64,000 bases of DNA. Source: a virus (taxonomy: Duplodnaviria; Heunggongvirae; Uroviricota; Caudoviricetes). Numbering within the stretch: the stretch's first letter is position 1; the number at the start of each line of letters is the position of its first letter. The stretch lies in IMG/VR virus record IMGVR_UViG_3300035678_000001; one strand, given 5' to 3'. Made by a program: the position numbers and the translations under genes. The notes under the pieces were generated by a model. It saw only the letters and a program-made list of their open reading frames with translations. It had not been told where the DNA came from and ran no database searches. Shown piece by piece: positions 55,095-63,862 of this stretch.

Positions 55095-58000
55095 TCAGAC
55101 AGGCTGCGGGGTGCGTCGGGGCCAGAACTGCCCCTCCCCGGTGGGCATGGGCTGGAAGAAGAACCGGAGCAGGTTGCCGATCCGGTCGTCTGGGATCCCG
55201 GTGAACGCGATCATGGTCGCCAGGCCGTGCGGGAGCAGGTTCGCCGCAAACCGGGCGCTCGCGTTCATCACGATGCGCTCCGTGGAGCGGCCTCGGGAGA
55301 TCGACACCAGCGCCTTCGGCCCGGCCAGATCGAAGGTGCCGACACCGCCCGAGGTGCCTCCCGTGTCCCGTCCGTCCCCGGTGAACCGCTGGCCTCGGGT
55401 CATCCAGCGCAGGATGTAGGCGACCTGCATGTGGGCCGTCATGTGACCGACGCCAGCCGGGGACCAGACGACCTCGACCGGCTGGGCGGTGATCGTGACG
55501 CCATAGTCGAAGCGCCCGAACAGGTCCGTGAAGTGCCCGGTCGGCAGGTAGTGCTTGTACGAGCCTGCGTCGGCCCGCATAGAGGCCCGCCGCTCGATCC
55601 CGTTCGGGACCAGCGAGCCGTGGCCGACGCCGTTGGAGTGGTGGTGCATGATCGGCACGTGGTCGATCTCGACCCGGACGTTGGACATGCCGTTGGACCC
55701 GTTGGGGATCAGCAGCGGCGCGATCAACGGGAAGTGCTGCTCGTAGAAGAACTGGCCCGAGCCCCACTTCATGTAGACGCCGCTGGGCCGGTCGATGTCC
55801 TTCATGTGGCCGACGCCGTGGCTGGTCGCGTAGAGCAGACCGGGGTCGATGGAGAAGCCACCAATGCCATGCGAGGTGATGAGCCCAGCCTCGAAGTGGA
55901 CCGGGCCGTGCTGGTAGCCGAGCATGTGACCGACGCCGTGCGGACGGATCTCCATGTCTCGGCGGTCGGGCAGGTAGTTGGTCGGCCAGCCACCCACGCC
56001 GTGTGAGACGCCAGAGATCCGCTGGGGCGCACCCAGCGTCGGAGAGAAGCCCCCGATGCCGTCAGCCTCGAACTCCCCGAACTTGAGGAAGACCACCGTC
56101 GAGCGACCAGCAGCCAGCGCCGCGAGATAGACCTTGCTCGACAGGTAGCCGTAGCACTGGGCTCCCGCTGTGAAGCGCCCGTTGTTGAACGAGTTGGTCC
56201 GGGCGTACATGTAGTCGGGCGAGAACTGGCGAGCGAACACACCCTGCGGCCCGGTCGGGCGACTGGGGAACCCGAGGGCAGGGTCGCCATCAGCGAGGTA
56301 GCCAGGGAAGGCCCGGCAGCCCGCGTTGGCGATGGCGACCATCTCGTACGGAAAGGTGAAGGTCGAACGGCCAGCCATCGTTGAGGGGCCACCCGAGTAG
56401 GGCGGGAAGCCGTCGCGGTGGCTCTCGGTCGGATGGTTGTTGGCGAAGCCCACCCGCGATGAGAGGTAGATGACCACGCCGGTCATCTCGTTGTCCTTGC
56501 GGTACGGGTTCAGCCGTGGGTCGTACTGGTGGTAGTAGGACTGGAACCGCCAGATCGAACCGGCCCGTACGACGAAGGCGAAGGGCGGCTTGTCCATCTC
56601 GGTGCCGCGAGCCGAGCCGTTGCTGACCAGCGCCAGCAACTTGGCGTTGTCGCGCATCGAACCGACGCCGTTGCTGGTCGCAGCGATGCGCAGAGTGCCG
56701 GTCGTGCGGATGTCGTTGACGTGACCGACGCCAGCCATCGGGACGGCGAACATCAGCGCCGGGCCGAGGGACCAGTGCGCGACACCGCGCATGGTGATGT
56801 TCGGCATCAGGAAGGTGCCGGACAGGTAGGAGTAGCCGCCACCCCGTCCCGCGCTGGTGCTGATGACGTGCCACGGGGAGCCCATGTAGATGGAGCCGCC
56901 AGCGCGTCCTGGGCTGGTGCCAGCGAAGTAGATCCGACTCGACAGGTAGACGTTGACGTGCGCCTGTGCGTACGCCGTCGAGGTGACGTGGAAGGGCGCC
57001 CCGAGGTACGCCGCCACCGTGGCTCGGCCAGCCGAGATCGAAGCGACTCGGAAGGGCGAGGACAGGTAGTTCTTGGTGCAGGCTGCACGGCCCGCAGAGG
57101 TAAACGAGATGCGCTGCGGGGTCGAGAGGTAGGCCAGGCCACCAGCGCGTCCTGCCGAGGTGCTGGTGACGTGCCAGGGCGAGCCCAGGTAGTTGCGGTT
57201 GAAGCCCGCCACGCCAGCCGGGTTGATGACCAGCCTCACCGGAGTCGCCATGTAGTTTCGGCTGTAGGCGGCGATGCCGTTGGAGGTCATCGTGAAGCGG
57301 ATCGGCGTGCCGAGGTAGTCCACCATCGTGGCGCGACCGGCAGCGGTGCTGCTGACGGCATACGTCTCGGTCTGGCGGAAGGTGTCGGCTGCGACACCAT
57401 CGCTGCGAGCAGCCATGTGGGTTGTAGAGCCAGGGCTCATCGTGACCGTCGATGCACCGACCGCACCGAGAGTCAGCCCCTGCTCCGCACCCGGCCCCTC
57501 CTTGGTAGCCAGCCACACGTCGTTGCTCTGGTACGGCGGCTTCGACGGGTAGATGACCAGGCTGTTGGCCCGCAGGATGACGGTCAGGAAGTTCTTCGAG
57601 CAGCCAGCCGCACCAGCAGAGATCTGGTTGCGAGGCTTGATGGTGACGCCCAACGACAAGATCGGAGAGGCGACACCGACAGGCCGGGTCTGAACGGTGT
57701 AGCGGTTGCCCATCGTCATGGAGACGGAGGCGGCTCCGGCAGGCGTGCTGGCAAGCGAGTTCGGACCCTGCGGGGTGGTGAGGGTGATGTCCTGTGGCTG
57801 CGGGGCACTGGGGACCACCACGATGTCGCCCTGGCGGCTGAGTACCGACATGCCGAAGGTGACGGTGCTCTTGCCTGCCGCTGTGGAGGCGAGGGTCCGC
57901 AACGGAGGCGGGTCGGTATTCGTCCGGTCGCTATCGCCATAGCCAACAGCGCCGTACGCCCTGGTGCCGTATCCACCAGACACCACCGTCGTCACATCAG

Positions 58001-58613
58001 GACCCGTGGCGCTGACACCGGAGACGCGGTGGTTTCCACTCGCGCCACCAGTGGCAGCGGTGAACCCGACGTACACGATGTCGGGTGCGGTGCATCCAGT
58101 CCAGTCGCCCAGGTCCACGCCGTCGCGGATGCGCTTGACGGTGTAGGTGTTCGGCGCGGTCTTGGTGAACGTCAGCGAGAAGGCGTGTGCGCCCGTGACA
58201 TACGAGTTCGGGTGGTACTCAGACTTCTGCGTCGTCTGGCCGCTGGGGTAGGGGTGCGAGGTCCAGTAGAAGCCGGGGCTGCCAGGGTCGTAGGTAGCCA
58301 TGCGGAACGCAGAGCCGTAGATGCCATCGGCAGCCAGGGACCCACCGCCAGTCAGCGACATGCCGCTGCTGGGAACCCCGGAAGCCGGGTCCCAGAGGAA
58401 CAGCGTGCCGCCGTCAGCCGAACCGTCGTACGTGGTCGTGAAGTTGATGGTCAGGCCGTCGAGGATGAGCGACCTAGCCGTGTAGAAGGCCGCCCCGGAC
58501 TGACTGGCAAGGGCGCTGGTCAGTCGAACGGCTGCTGCCTCGAAGACAGCGTTGCCGAAGACAGACCAGCCAGCAGCGTCGGTCTGTGGGTTGCCGAGGA
58601 AGGTGGTGGTCAT
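55095..58613 (-). CDS. Giant tail/baseplate protein (1172 aa): N-terminal L-type-lectin/ConA-like domain plus two families of tandem ~20-aa repeats
   Basis: N-terminus AAFYTARSLILDGLTINFTTTYDGSADGGTLFLWD is lectin-like. Repeat family 1 is NYLxSPxxVxSTSAGRAxx (12 or more copies). Repeat family 2 is SHGVGHM / SNGVGHG / PAGVGHM. Sits where a hub/spike gene is expected, upstream of gp25/W. Confidence 0.6.
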   Translation of the reverse strand: MTTTFLGNPQTDAAGWSVFGNAVFEAAAVRLTSALASQSGAAFYTARSLILDGLTINFTTTYDGSADGGTLFLWDPASGVPSSGMSLTGGGSLAADGIYGSAFRMATYDPGSPGFYWTSHPYPSGQTTQKSEYHPNSYVTGAHAFSLTFTKTAPNTYTVKRIRDGVDLGDWTGCTAPDIVYVGFTAATGGASGNHRVSGVSATGPDVTTVVSGGYGTRAYGAVGYGDSDRTNTDPPPLRTLASTAAGKSTVTFGMSVLSRQGDIVVVPSAPQPQDITLTTPQGPNSLASTPAGAASVSMTMGNRYTVQTRPVGVASPILSLGVTIKPRNQISAGAAGCSKNFLTVILRANSLVIYPSKPPYQSNDVWLATKEGPGAEQGLTLGAVGASTVTMSPGSTTHMAARSDGVAADTFRQTETYAVSSTAAGRATMVDYLGTPIRFTMTSNGIAAYSRNYMATPVRLVINPAGVAGFNRNYLGSPWHVTSTSAGRAGGLAYLSTPQRISFTSAGRAACTKNYLSSPFRVASISAGRATVAAYLGAPFHVTSTAYAQAHVNVYLSSRIYFAGTSPGRAGGSIYMGSPWHVISTSAGRGGGYSYLSGTFLMPNITMRGVAHWSLGPALMFAVPMAGVGHVNDIRTTGTLRIAATSNGVGSMRDNAKLLALVSNGSARGTEMDKPPFAFVVRAGSIWRFQSYYHQYDPRLNPYRKDNEMTGVVIYLSSRVGFANNHPTESHRDGFPPYSGGPSTMAGRSTFTFPYEMVAIANAGCRAFPGYLADGDPALGFPSRPTGPQGVFARQFSPDYMYARTNSFNNGRFTAGAQCYGYLSSKVYLAALAAGRSTVVFLKFGEFEADGIGGFSPTLGAPQRISGVSHGVGGWPTNYLPDRRDMEIRPHGVGHMLGYQHGPVHFEAGLITSHGIGGFSIDPGLLYATSHGVGHMKDIDRPSGVYMKWGSGQFFYEQHFPLIAPLLIPNGSNGMSNVRVEIDHVPIMHHHSNGVGHGSLVPNGIERRASMRADAGSYKHYLPTGHFTDLFGRFDYGVTITAQPVEVVWSPAGVGHMTAHMQVAYILRWMTRGQRFTGDGRDTGGTSGGVGTFDLAGPKALVSISRGRSTERIVMNASARFAANLLPHGLATMIAFTGIPDDRIGNLLRFFFQPMPTGEGQFWPRRTPQPV

Positions 58614-58689
58614 CAGTACGACACCCCTCCCCGCACGAACTGCTTCCAGAGCCCAGCGACCTGAGCAGTGGACGCGAAGTTAGACATGG

Positions 58690-59169
58690 CTAGTGCGGGT
58701 CCGGTGGACCGAGGTTCTTGGCCCAGACCTCGAAGATCGGGTCCGATGCGAATAGAGATCTCGTGCCTGCTGCACCAACCTTGTTGAACAGTCGAACAGT
58801 CACCAGGCCCGCTGTGATGTCGCCAGCGACCAGAGTGAGCATCGGCGCTGCACCAATGGCTGCAAGCCGGGAGGCTTCGCCATACCAGCCACCAACGCCG
58901 TTCGGCTTCTGCACCGCCGTCTTGCTGCTGAACCATGTCACTGCCGCAGCCGAGACGAGCGTGGCGGCGTCGAGGTTTCCCGAGACGGCTGCATCGCTAT
59001 GCCACACGGCGTTGATGCCCACTTGGATGACATCTCCCGCCTGGGCTTCCAAGGTCAGATCGAGCGAGGTATCGAGAGCGGCATAGGAAGTGTTGGACAA
59101 CGAGAAGTTGCCCGAGGATCGGGTAGCGAACTTGAAGTTGCGCGAGCGCATGTGCCGGGGGTAGCCCAT
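58690..59169 (-). CDS. Hypothetical tail-associated protein, 159 aa
   Basis: Track ORF with non-biased composition. Confidence 0.5.
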   Translation of the reverse strand: MGYPRHMRSRNFKFATRSSGNFSLSNTSYAALDTSLDLTLEAQAGDVIQVGINAVWHSDAAVSGNLDAATLVSAAAVTWFSSKTAVQKPNGVGGWYGEASRLAAIGAAPMLTLVAGDITAGLVTVRLFNKVGAAGTRSLFASDPIFEVWAKNLGPPDPH

Positions 59170-59909
59170 CAGACACCTACCAGTCGGCCAGCGAAGCGCC
59201 GAGCGCCGATGGTGACGCCGCTGCTGGTGTCAACGTAGGTGAAGAAGCGCATCTGGTCCCCTGCAACACACTTGCCCATCCGGCGAAAGGTCAGCGTGGC
59301 TCGGTTGGTCGATGCACCTGAGGCGATGGTGCGCCAGTGGAAGTTGGCGCTGTCTACGTTGGCCGAGTCGATACCTACGCCGATGTTGACGCTCGTGATC
59401 GTGTTGTCCGCGTTCGGACGCCACGACCCCTCGAACTCGTAGAGGCCGGTCTGCGGGACAGTGTAAATGCCCGTCGTCGGGTTGTAAGCGTTGCTCGGAT
59501 CAGTGACCTCGTTGTCGCAGATCACGGTGTTGAACGCCTGTCCAGTCACACCGACAGTGCCAACCCCGGTGGCCTCGAAGTACGTGGTCTGCGCTACCGG
59601 CAGCAGGTCAAGGGTGGTCGGGCCATGCACCCAGGGCACGTCCTGGTTGTGCTGGCGCTTCGTCGTCCCCTCTTGCTCCCGAAGGATCGTCGCCGTGACA
59701 GCACCAGGCGTGTGGGCGGTGATGTACGCGATCTCCGGCTCACCGTAAAGGCCATCCGGGTCGAAGGTGATCGGGAAGTGCTGAGTGCTTCCGATGCCCA
59801 CCACCGCGACCAGCGCGTTGGACTGGAAGGTGGTGGCCGTTGCCGTGAGCGGGTTGTCTTCGACCAACCCACCGATGAAGTTCTGACGGACCCGCAGTTC
59901 GTTCGCCAT
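59169..59909 (-). CDS. C1q/TNF-like jelly-roll domain protein, 246 aa (putative receptor-binding or decoration protein)
   Basis: C-terminus YNPTTGIYTVPQTGLYEFEGSW...FHW...AGDQMRFFTYVD has a C1q-like strand pattern. Confidence 0.5.
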   Translation of the reverse strand: MANELRVRQNFIGGLVEDNPLTATATTFQSNALVAVVGIGSTQHFPITFDPDGLYGEPEIAYITAHTPGAVTATILREQEGTTKRQHNQDVPWVHGPTTLDLLPVAQTTYFEATGVGTVGVTGQAFNTVICDNEVTDPSNAYNPTTGIYTVPQTGLYEFEGSWRPNADNTITSVNIGVGIDSANVDSANFHWRTIASGASTNRATLTFRRMGKCVAGDQMRFFTYVDTSSGVTIGARRFAGRLVGV

Positions 59910-60259
59910 CAGGCAGGCACCATCCCTCGGTTGCTGGTGCCGTGGACCTGCGTCGAACCTCCGGCGAGGGAGTACGCCACGGTGAAGTAGAGGTAGGGGT
60001 CGGTGGCGTCTCGGATGAAGGAGTAGGTCCCGCCGACAGCACTCGTCGTGGTGGCGACCTTGCGAGCATCTACCTGCCGATAGAGGTCCACGGTGGCTCC
60101 CACGACGGGCGCTCCGTTGGTGTCGTAGACGTGCCCGGAGATCGCCTTGGTCGCTCCGCTAATGGTCGTCCCGTAGTCGCCGCCGAGAACGGTGACGGCC
60201 TGGTTCCTGACCTGACGAGAAGCCAGAACCTGCGAGGCAGCGAGGACGAGGGCAGCCAT
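59909..60259 (-). CDS. Small prealbumin-like (CarboxypepD_reg-like) domain protein with an N-terminal hydrophobic segment, 116 aa
   Basis: ISGHVYDTNGAPVVGATVDLYRQVDARKVATTTSAVGGTYSF. The ATG at 60259 forms an ATGA overlap with the stop of paralogue C. Confidence 0.5.
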   Translation of the reverse strand: MAALVLAASQVLASRQVRNQAVTVLGGDYGTTISGATKAISGHVYDTNGAPVVGATVDLYRQVDARKVATTTSAVGGTYSFIRDATDPYLYFTVAYSLAGGSTQVHGTSNRGMVPA

Positions 60260-61263
60260 TACTCGTACCTCATCAGCAGACCACCAGTGGTCGAGCCGTT
60301 GTTCGTCGTGAAGTACGAGGTGTTGGGTGCTCCACCGACCTGGCAGCACGACAGGTAGGTGTGCTGTGCGCCGTACATCGGAACCGAGATCGTCTGCCCA
60401 GCAGTGAAGTCACCGTTCCAGCAGGCCAGCAGTCCGAGCATCGGACCTTCGACCCCCGCGCCGGTCTGCACTGGGATCTGGTAGGTGATGACGTTGGCTC
60501 CGACGACACCCGAGCCCGACATGGATCCGGGGTAAGCGCCAGGGATGAAGCCGTCAGCGTTGTGGACCTGACTGGTGGTGAACGACAGGATCTGGAAGCC
60601 CGACTGCTGACCCTGCGACGAGGCGTAGATGCCGTACCAACTGCCGAAGGCGAAGACCACCCCGTCGCCGTTGTAGGTGCCGTCCAAGTTGCGGGTGCGC
60701 TCGATGGAGAAGACGGCAGGCACGGGGATGCGTGTCGCGCTGCCGGAGAGGTTGCTGGTGGCGATGGCTACGTCAATGCCGAGGGCGGCGTTGATGCTCG
60801 ACCCGTCACCGCAGAAGTAGGAGTGCGTGTCGGTGCGAGAGACACCGCTGTCGGTAATGCCGCTGCCGGTTGCGGAGATGGCAAGCATCGAGCGACGGGT
60901 GCCGACGAGCCCGGTCAGCGTTCCAGCACCGTTGGTGCCAGTGCCGACCGTGATCCACATGGTCTGGCCCCACACGCCAGCGCGGGTGCCGAGGCCACCC
61001 ACCATGTAGCCGTACTCGACCTTGATGAAGACCGGGCGACTGGCCTGCAAGGCATCCGAGAAGCGATAGATCTCGTAGCCGATGCTGGGGGTCGAGACGG
61101 TAGGGAACGAGGTCAGTGCGAGCGTGGCCCAGTTGATCTGACCCGTGTCGGCGGTCTGGACCAGACCAACGGCCTGCAAGCCCGCTGCGATGCTTGCGCC
61201 CCAGGCGCGGTAGGCCGCGTCAGTGGTGACATCCCACGAGACGACGGATGCAGATGTGGTCAT
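60259..61263 (-). CDS. Paralogue C of a three-member tandem family (334 aa)
   Basis: Shares LVQTADTGQINW, GYEIYRF.D.LQA.RP.FIKVEYG, GTGT.GAG.LTG, CGDGSSI, ERTRN.DGT.NGDGVVF and a C-terminal LLMRYE with paralogues A and B. Confidence 0.6.
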   Translation of the reverse strand: MTTSASVVSWDVTTDAAYRAWGASIAAGLQAVGLVQTADTGQINWATLALTSFPTVSTPSIGYEIYRFSDALQASRPVFIKVEYGYMVGGLGTRAGVWGQTMWITVGTGTNGAGTLTGLVGTRRSMLAISATGSGITDSGVSRTDTHSYFCGDGSSINAALGIDVAIATSNLSGSATRIPVPAVFSIERTRNLDGTYNGDGVVFAFGSWYGIYASSQGQQSGFQILSFTTSQVHNADGFIPGAYPGSMSGSGVVGANVITYQIPVQTGAGVEGPMLGLLACWNGDFTAGQTISVPMYGAQHTYLSCCQVGGAPNTSYFTTNNGSTTGGLLMRYE

Positions 61264-61652
61264 GAAGGCACCAGTCCTCGGTCACTGACCCCGTGGATCT
61301 GGGGGTTGGTCGCTGTGGTGTACGAGATGATGTAGTAGGCCAGCGAGTCGAGAGAGTCTCGCGGGAAGATGTAGTGGCCGTTGATGTCGGCGGTGGTCTG
61401 GGCCACCACCTTGTCGTCGTACTGGCGCACCAACTTCACGATGGAGTTCGGCACGACGACGCCTGCGATGCCATAGATGGTCCCAGCGATGGTCTTGCTG
61501 CCGACGTAGATCGGCAGGTCACCTGGGTTCACAGCAGCCAGGTTCGGACGCGGCGACGTGACTGTGCGGCTCTTGCTGGTGAGCGGCGTGGGCGACAACG
61601 TGACCGTGCGCGTCCGGGTAGCAAGCGGCGTCTGCTGGGTGTTGTACGCCAT
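61260..61652 (-). CDS. Small prealbumin-like (CarboxypepD_reg-like) domain protein, 130 aa
   Basis: GTIYGIAGVVVPNSIVKLVRQYDDKVVAQTTADINGHYIF. The ATG at 61652 forms an ATGA overlap with the stop of paralogue B (confirmed). Confidence 0.5.
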   Translation of the reverse strand: MAYNTQQTPLATRTRTVTLSPTPLTSKSRTVTSPRPNLAAVNPGDLPIYVGSKTIAGTIYGIAGVVVPNSIVKLVRQYDDKVVAQTTADINGHYIFPRDSLDSLAYYIISYTTATNPQIHGVSDRGLVPS

Positions 61653-62596
61653 CACTCGAACCTCATCAGCAGACTGCACCAGTTACGAGCACCAGAGTTG
61701 TTCTCGGTGGAGGTTCCTGGCATCGAGCCACACACACCAGGGAGGGCGAGGTAGGTGCGAGCAGCGCCGTTCACGACAAGGGAGACGGTCTGGTAGTTGT
61801 TGATCCCGCCCTGCCAGCCCAGCACGGTGCAAGCCTGGGCTTCGGGCTTGGGCATGGCGACGAGGAACGGATAAGCAACGATGGTCGTGCCATCGACGCT
61901 GGGTGCGTTGTAGTCGTTCGAGGGGTACGCGATGGGCCAGTAGAAGTTGTTGCCTACCACCGCGTTGTTGATGAACGAGATGTAGTTGTAGGTGCTGAAA
62001 TAGACGCCATCCTGGCGGCTCGCCAGGTGCATCCCGAAGACCACACCGTCCCCGTTAGGCGTGTTGTCTGCGTTGCGAGTCCGCTCGACAAACCAGAACA
62101 ACACGCCGGGGTTGGCGTTGGGGTTGATGTTCGTGTAGGGCGGCAGCGCGATGGCGATGCTCGACCCGTCACCAAAGAAGTAAGCAGGCTGGGCGTAGGG
62201 GGAGTTGTTGGGGTTGCCCAGTGCCGACGACAGCGAAGCCATGTCTGAACGGGCAGTCAACTGCAACCCAGTGAGGTTTCCAGCGCCGTCCGTGCCGGTG
62301 CCGACGAACAGAGCGAAGCGAGGATAGGTCGTCCCGTTGTTCGTGGTGCCGTAGATGACCTTGATGAAGATGGGCCGGGTGGCTTGCAGGGTGTCGTTGA
62401 AGCGCCAGATCTCGTAGCCGAAGGTCTGGGCACTCGAAGTCGCCGTGACCGTCGTGGTCGTCCAGTTGATCTGGCCGGTGTCTGCGGTCTGAACAAGGCC
62501 GATGCTCGACAGCGCCTGGGAGATCGCAGAGCCCCACGCCTTGATGAGCGCGTTGCTCGCGTTGCTCAACCGGATTGTCGTAGCGATGGCGGTCAT
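61652..62596 (-). CDS. Paralogue B (314 aa)
   Basis: Same conserved blocks. C-terminal LLMRFE. Confidence 0.6.
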   Translation of the reverse strand: MTAIATTIRLSNASNALIKAWGSAISQALSSIGLVQTADTGQINWTTTTVTATSSAQTFGYEIWRFNDTLQATRPIFIKVIYGTTNNGTTYPRFALFVGTGTDGAGNLTGLQLTARSDMASLSSALGNPNNSPYAQPAYFFGDGSSIAIALPPYTNINPNANPGVLFWFVERTRNADNTPNGDGVVFGMHLASRQDGVYFSTYNYISFINNAVVGNNFYWPIAYPSNDYNAPSVDGTTIVAYPFLVAMPKPEAQACTVLGWQGGINNYQTVSLVVNGAARTYLALPGVCGSMPGTSTENNSGARNWCSLLMRFE

Positions 62597-63547
62597 CTAC
62601 TCCCACCTCAACAGGGCACAGTGGTTCGTCAGCCCGGTGGGCGTGAACTTGATCGGGATGTACGTGTGCGCTGACCCCAGCACGGTGGTGCTTATCGGAA
62701 CTGCCTGGGTGAAGTCAGCATTGAAACCGACGAGCATCGCGTGAACGAAGGTCTGCTTCCCTGCCTGCACCAGCATGGGGAAGACCGTGATGTCCGCGCC
62801 ATCGACTGCGTTTCCCCAGTCGTGCCCAGGTGCGAGGGCTACCGAGTAGCGGGTGCGCTCATAGGCCACCTGCCGGTCGAAGATGAGGTAGTTCTCGCAC
62901 CAGACCGTGGTGGGCTGACTGCTGGTGCTGCCGAACTGCGCGTCCGCACGCGATGCGTTGAAATAGCCCTGGGTGTATCCGACATCGCCTCCGTACGACG
63001 TGCGCCACATCACGAGGCCATCCCCGTTGATGGTGCCGTCAGCGTTGCGAGTGCGGTCGATCACAAAGAAGATCTGTGGTGCGCTGTTGCTACCGGACCC
63101 ACCGTTGGCGTAGCCGAGCAGCATCATCGCGTAGGTGCCATCGCCTGCCCAGATCGAGGGCTGCACAGTGGAGGTGATGAAGCCCGCGTACAGGGCTCGG
63201 CGCGTCGTGAGCAGCCCGGTGATGTTCCCCGCGCCGTCTGTGGCGGTGCCTGCGGTGAACCACATGATCGGACAGTTCGCGCCGATGTACGACGAGCCCG
63301 AGCCGTACTCCACCTTGATGAAGACCGGCTTCGTTGCCTGCAACGAGTCGTTCATCCGCCAGATCTCGTAGCCGTTGTTGGAGTTGCTACCCCCGGTGTA
63401 CGAAATCGTCGTCGCGTCGATCTGACCTGTGTCTCCGGTCTTCACCAACCCGATAGAGGAGAAGGCAGCAGACATGGCTGCAACCCACGCACGGAGAGCC
63501 GCCGTGGATGTGATGTTCAGGTTGATCGACTGCGCGACGGTGGTCAT
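62597..63547 (-). CDS. Paralogue A (316 aa)
   Basis: Same conserved blocks. C-terminal LLRWE. Confidence 0.6.
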   Translation of the reverse strand: MTTVAQSINLNITSTAALRAWVAAMSAAFSSIGLVKTGDTGQIDATTISYTGGSNSNNGYEIWRMNDSLQATKPVFIKVEYGSGSSYIGANCPIMWFTAGTATDGAGNITGLLTTRRALYAGFITSTVQPSIWAGDGTYAMMLLGYANGGSGSNSAPQIFFVIDRTRNADGTINGDGLVMWRTSYGGDVGYTQGYFNASRADAQFGSTSSQPTTVWCENYLIFDRQVAYERTRYSVALAPGHDWGNAVDGADITVFPMLVQAGKQTFVHAMLVGFNADFTQAVPISTTVLGSAHTYIPIKFTPTGLTNHCALLRWE

Positions 63548-63550
63548 GGA

Positions 63551-63862
63551 CTAGGCCAGATCCCCGGCAACCTCGGTGATGAGGGCGGCGTTGTCGGCGT
63601 CGTCGTGGTTCGGGATGCAGACCCGGCCCTTGGACGACTCCATGATGAGGACGGCGGGGTGCTTGGTGATGCTGACGACACCACCGGCCTCGTCCTCGGA
63701 GACGTTCTGCTCGATCAGCGCGGTCACGCCGTCCTTGGTCAGCACAGCGAGCACCTTGTGCGGGTAGTTCTCGGACAGACCGAGGTCGTCAGAGAGCGTC
63801 TGGAACTCGGTGGTCTTCTGCTCCTTGAAGCCGAGGGTCTTGAGGGTGTCAACGGCGGTCAT
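63551..63862 (-). CDS. Hypothetical protein, 103 aa
   Basis: Track ORF. ATGA overlap with the upstream partial gene. Confidence 0.5.
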   Translation of the reverse strand: MTAVDTLKTLGFKEQKTTEFQTLSDDLGLSENYPHKVLAVLTKDGVTALIEQNVSEDEAGGVVSITKHPAVLIMESSKGRVCIPNHDDADNAALITEVAGDLA

